Assembly (NCBI RefSeq): GCF_041956535.1
Contig: NW_027192195.1
Coordinates: 1,020,287-1,084,286, forward strand
DNA: 64,000 nucleotides
Reading direction: 5' to 3'
DNA from: Calcarisporiella thermophila CBS 279.70
Lineage: Eukaryota > Fungi > Calcarisporiellomycota
Below are positions 60,786 through 64,000 of the stretch, piece by piece. A program made the translations under genes and the position numbers. The notes below the pieces were generated by a model. The model did not search any database. It was given only the letters and a program-made list of their open reading frames with translations, and had not been told where the DNA came from. How positions within the stretch are numbered: position 1 is the stretch's first letter; every line of letters begins with the position of its first letter.

Positions 60786-63226
60786 TTATTGCTCCTGCTC
60801 TGTCAACAAATCGCCGAATAGCTTTGTTTGGAGCTCCTCCAAACTGACATGTAAAATATCGGGAAAGTCTTTGACTTTACTCGTATGTGGGTGTTCCGCA
60901 AAGCCGGAACTACCACGTATATAGACAATACGAAAATCTTCATCTTCTTTACCGTCCCGAGTGACAATAAACCTCCTGGATTCAGGGTCGATTATAGCTT
61001 TATAACAGCCGTTGCCATCTCTATGTTCGTCACAGCCGCCAAATGCGCCATCCAAATATTTTTCAATTTGGTTTCTTGGATCAAAAGAGCGCGTGGGTCT
61101 AGGTTTGGGATATTCAAAAGCTTTCTCGATATTCGCTGAATTTTGGTTGTGTATGGTAAATTCGGAGATAGATGTTCGAATAAACATGCGCCCAAGGATA
61201 TAATCAAATCGAGGGTACCCAGGGTAGCATCGCAGCAGGGTATTATCTCTAGTCTTAAAGGGAGGATCTCGAAGCATCCTGAAATGTTTAAATTTGATGA
61301 CAACTGGTACTGCTTGATTACCAGCAAGGTCAGTTGCATTAAGAGTTACTTCTGGGTGACGCAATAATTGCTGGAATAGCACGTCCTCAAATTGTAGCCC
61401 AGTCATGTTACCACTTGTGATGGCTAAAGCAGCATCTCTGGGGAGCGGCATTGCCTTATAAATATCGAGGAGAGCACCTTTGGCGGCTTGACATAAAGGA
61501 CGATATTGCACACTGCCTCGGACCTTGAGCCGATACACCAGTCCGAGGTCCATAAACTGATAGTCGAAGTCTTGGTAGTTGAATCCGGGATCACCTTCTT
61601 TTCGGGGAAGAAACATAGCAGCAAGAGCATAACGTTGGGCATGCTGTTGAATAGGCTTGAGATCTTTGTGAAAATATTTATCTGCAATCTTGAAAAACTC
61701 ACGACGCCGATCTTTCTTGAATTGCTTTAATAGGCTCGAAACTTGATCGGTAGTCGCTGTGGTTGCACTTAAGGTTTCCGATATAAACCCTGCCATGTTT
61801 ACGAGCTCACGCGGAACATTATTTGTGATCTCCTTCACTTGGCTTCTGATCTCTAAGTTTGATAGAATAGGACTCATGTCCAACAATTTGTCGAAGATGG
61901 TATCAGATAGAGGAGTGACAAATTCCAGCCAATGCATCATGCCATTTTTAAGATATTCTCTCTCAAATTTTGCATGTGCCGTGCCCGTCAAGACAACCCG
62001 TGTCCCTCTCCTTTCTTCATTCCACGCGGTAAGCTGCATCAGAGGGTTAAGAAGTGGCTGTGTTTTGGGTATTGGCGGCTCCTGGTCAAAGAGTGCACCA
62101 TGTTCATCGACAACCAAGAGAGTTTTCTTTTCCAGTTGGTTGAGTAGATCACCTAAGATAAAGTGAGCCGCACGAGAGACTACTTCGTCCTCTTCAGTGG
62201 GATGCCCGAATGTCATCACTCCGAAGTCAGCGATGGTCAAAATATCTTTGTTAAGGGCTAGAAATCGCTTGCAAATCTCTTCTGCTATCTTGATAGGATC
62301 TTTCCAGGCCAATCTGCTCGCATCCGAAAAATAGAGTAAAAGCCATCCATCGGCATATGCTTTGGCAGCAAGGAAAAGCGCAAGATATGATTTGCCGACA
62401 CCCATAGGACCTGATAGAACTCTTTTGATTGAATGGCGGCTATCTTTTTGAAGCTCTTGCCACAACTCCATCATCTGCTCGGTGACTAGAAATGACATTC
62501 CCTGGTAGCCCTCTCCATAATGCTTGGGCTCTTGACCAAGTGAAGGTAGTTCAATTTGCTGGCCGACTTGTACATTGTCCAGTTGCTGCTTAAATTTTTC
62601 GCGTGACGCAGGTGTGAATTCTCCACTATCAAGCATACTGACCAACATAGGCGGCAAGTCCACAGTCCCATCCTTGGCGTTGTATTTTACCCAGTTATCT
62701 ACGCGGACTTTCTTTGAAACGGGCTTTTCCTCTAATGTTGAATAAATAGAATAAGTGATATGTGGAGGTATTCAATAGAGGATAAATTCAAAAAAGAAAA
62801 TTTATGTGCATAAGTCCGTCGCGAACGTAAGTAATATAAAATGTGAGCACTATTTACCAGTAGCAGCTGGTGAAAGAACAGAAGATGAATAAGCCGACAA
62901 ATAAATATAAATATAATGTTAGAAAGAGAGCAGTTAGTAATAGGGACAGTAGTGGCGATAAAAACGATGCAGTAATGCCATTGCGGTCACGAGCTTTAAC
63001 CGTGTTAAATACATACCAGGAGCAATCGTGTTAATCAAACGAATGAAACGCCGAATATATGCCACCTTATTCTCAGGCAGTTTATAAAATTTTAGAAAAA
63101 ATAAAACAGTTGATATTTTGGAACTATCCTCCGAGAGATGGACAGAGAGAATCTCCATTTCATCCTCTGTCAAATTTAACCCTCTGAGTTGGTCAATAAG
63201 CTCGATTAACTCTTGCTGAAGTTTGT
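60786..63226 (-). CDS. Crinkler-like P-loop NTPase with a C-terminal restriction-endonuclease-like domain (5' end uncertain)
   Basis: Walker A VLSGPMGVGKS, Walker B LLVVDEHG and C-terminal GLQFE..YPRFDYILG. An upstream exon at 63226-63017 splices in frame to 62731. Confidence 0.75.
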
Positions 63227-64000
63227 CTGAAAATTGGAGAAAAGTTTAGGACATTGAAAAATTAGTGTGCAAAGCTGACTACTGTCGTCAGATCGTGCGT
63301 ATTATATCCAAATCAATCACATCCATAAAGTACCTCTATCACTCATTTTTTTTTTTTTCCTTACGATTTTTCGTCTAAGCGAATTGATATTAATATTTGC
63401 CGTCTTTCTTTGTCCTGTTATCAAGATTATACGTGATTTTTTGAGGGATTATCGGCTTTGTAGAATAATGAAAAGCAATGTCGGGAATGTTCCGAAGACG
63501 CAACCATGCGAATGCTGTTCGTTAGCTGCGTCGTACCAAGGGAAACAATATGGGAGATTCCAAACCTGAGCAGACATACTAGATTTAGAAATTGCAGAAT
63601 CAGGGTTTCAGAAATATCTGCAACTGTTAATATATCTTTTAAAAATTCGTTAAATTAAGTAATAATTCTCGAAAACTTTTGCTTTGCATTCTTCATCTCA
63701 TCAAAAATTATATACCGAATTTATACCAGCTTATATACCTATCATATCGTGATTTTATCTTCATTATGGCAACTCTTTCGACTTCCATTCCTCGTTTTAT
63801 TTCCCAGTTTGGGACTCGTTTCTTGCCAAATGCTACACGGAAAAATGGCAAAGCGACTTTAAAATCTACTTCATCTTCTCTTGCTTACAAAGAACAATTG
63901 GATAACATTGCTCAATTCTTTTTTCATTCCAGAGATGGGATGCTTTTGTATACTCATTTACTAGAACACACAGATAATCCTTATCATCATACCCTATGCC

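Noticed and set aside
1-64000. tRNA, rRNA, snRNA, CRISPR arrays, intact transposons
   Set aside because: By eye I found no canonical tRNA cloverleaf with a T-loop, no rRNA/snRNA signatures, no repeat-spacer arrays and no transposase or RT motifs. tRNAscan-SE/Infernal would be needed to exclude them fully.

Overview
Gene-dense (about 30 genes in 64 kb) eukaryotic DNA with short GT-AG introns and CTAAC/CTAAT-type branch points. Gene content and sequence style point to an early-diverging fungus, probably Mucoromycota (inference). All gene models were spliced by hand. Recognisable genes: GIT1-like MFS permease, GST, USP12/46 (CreB-like) deubiquitinase, PNPOx-like FMN protein, PEX10, an NSUN/RsmB m5C methyltransferase, TBP, a lipase, RAD2/XPG, SHMT, a homeodomain factor, ATP-dependent PEPCK, SERINC/TMS1, DCAF5, LSM14/SCD6, NMNAT, VPS55, an HSF-type factor and a Crinkler-like NTPase-nuclease. 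Several genes are absent or fragmented in the ORF track: a SIVA-like zinc finger, a cupin and VPS55. Main highlights: (1) VPS55 appears to need a ONE-nucleotide exon (C at 57350); (2) DCAF5 needs an 8-nt microexon; (3) a fungal SIVA-like protein; (4) a PEPCK with a mitochondrial-type presequence; (5) a secreted six-cysteine peptide with mirror-symmetric spacing; (6) a structured element in the long LSM14 intron. The middle of the window is strongly GC-rich, which creates many spurious antisense ORFs. I saw no tRNA, rRNA, CRISPR array or intact transposon.
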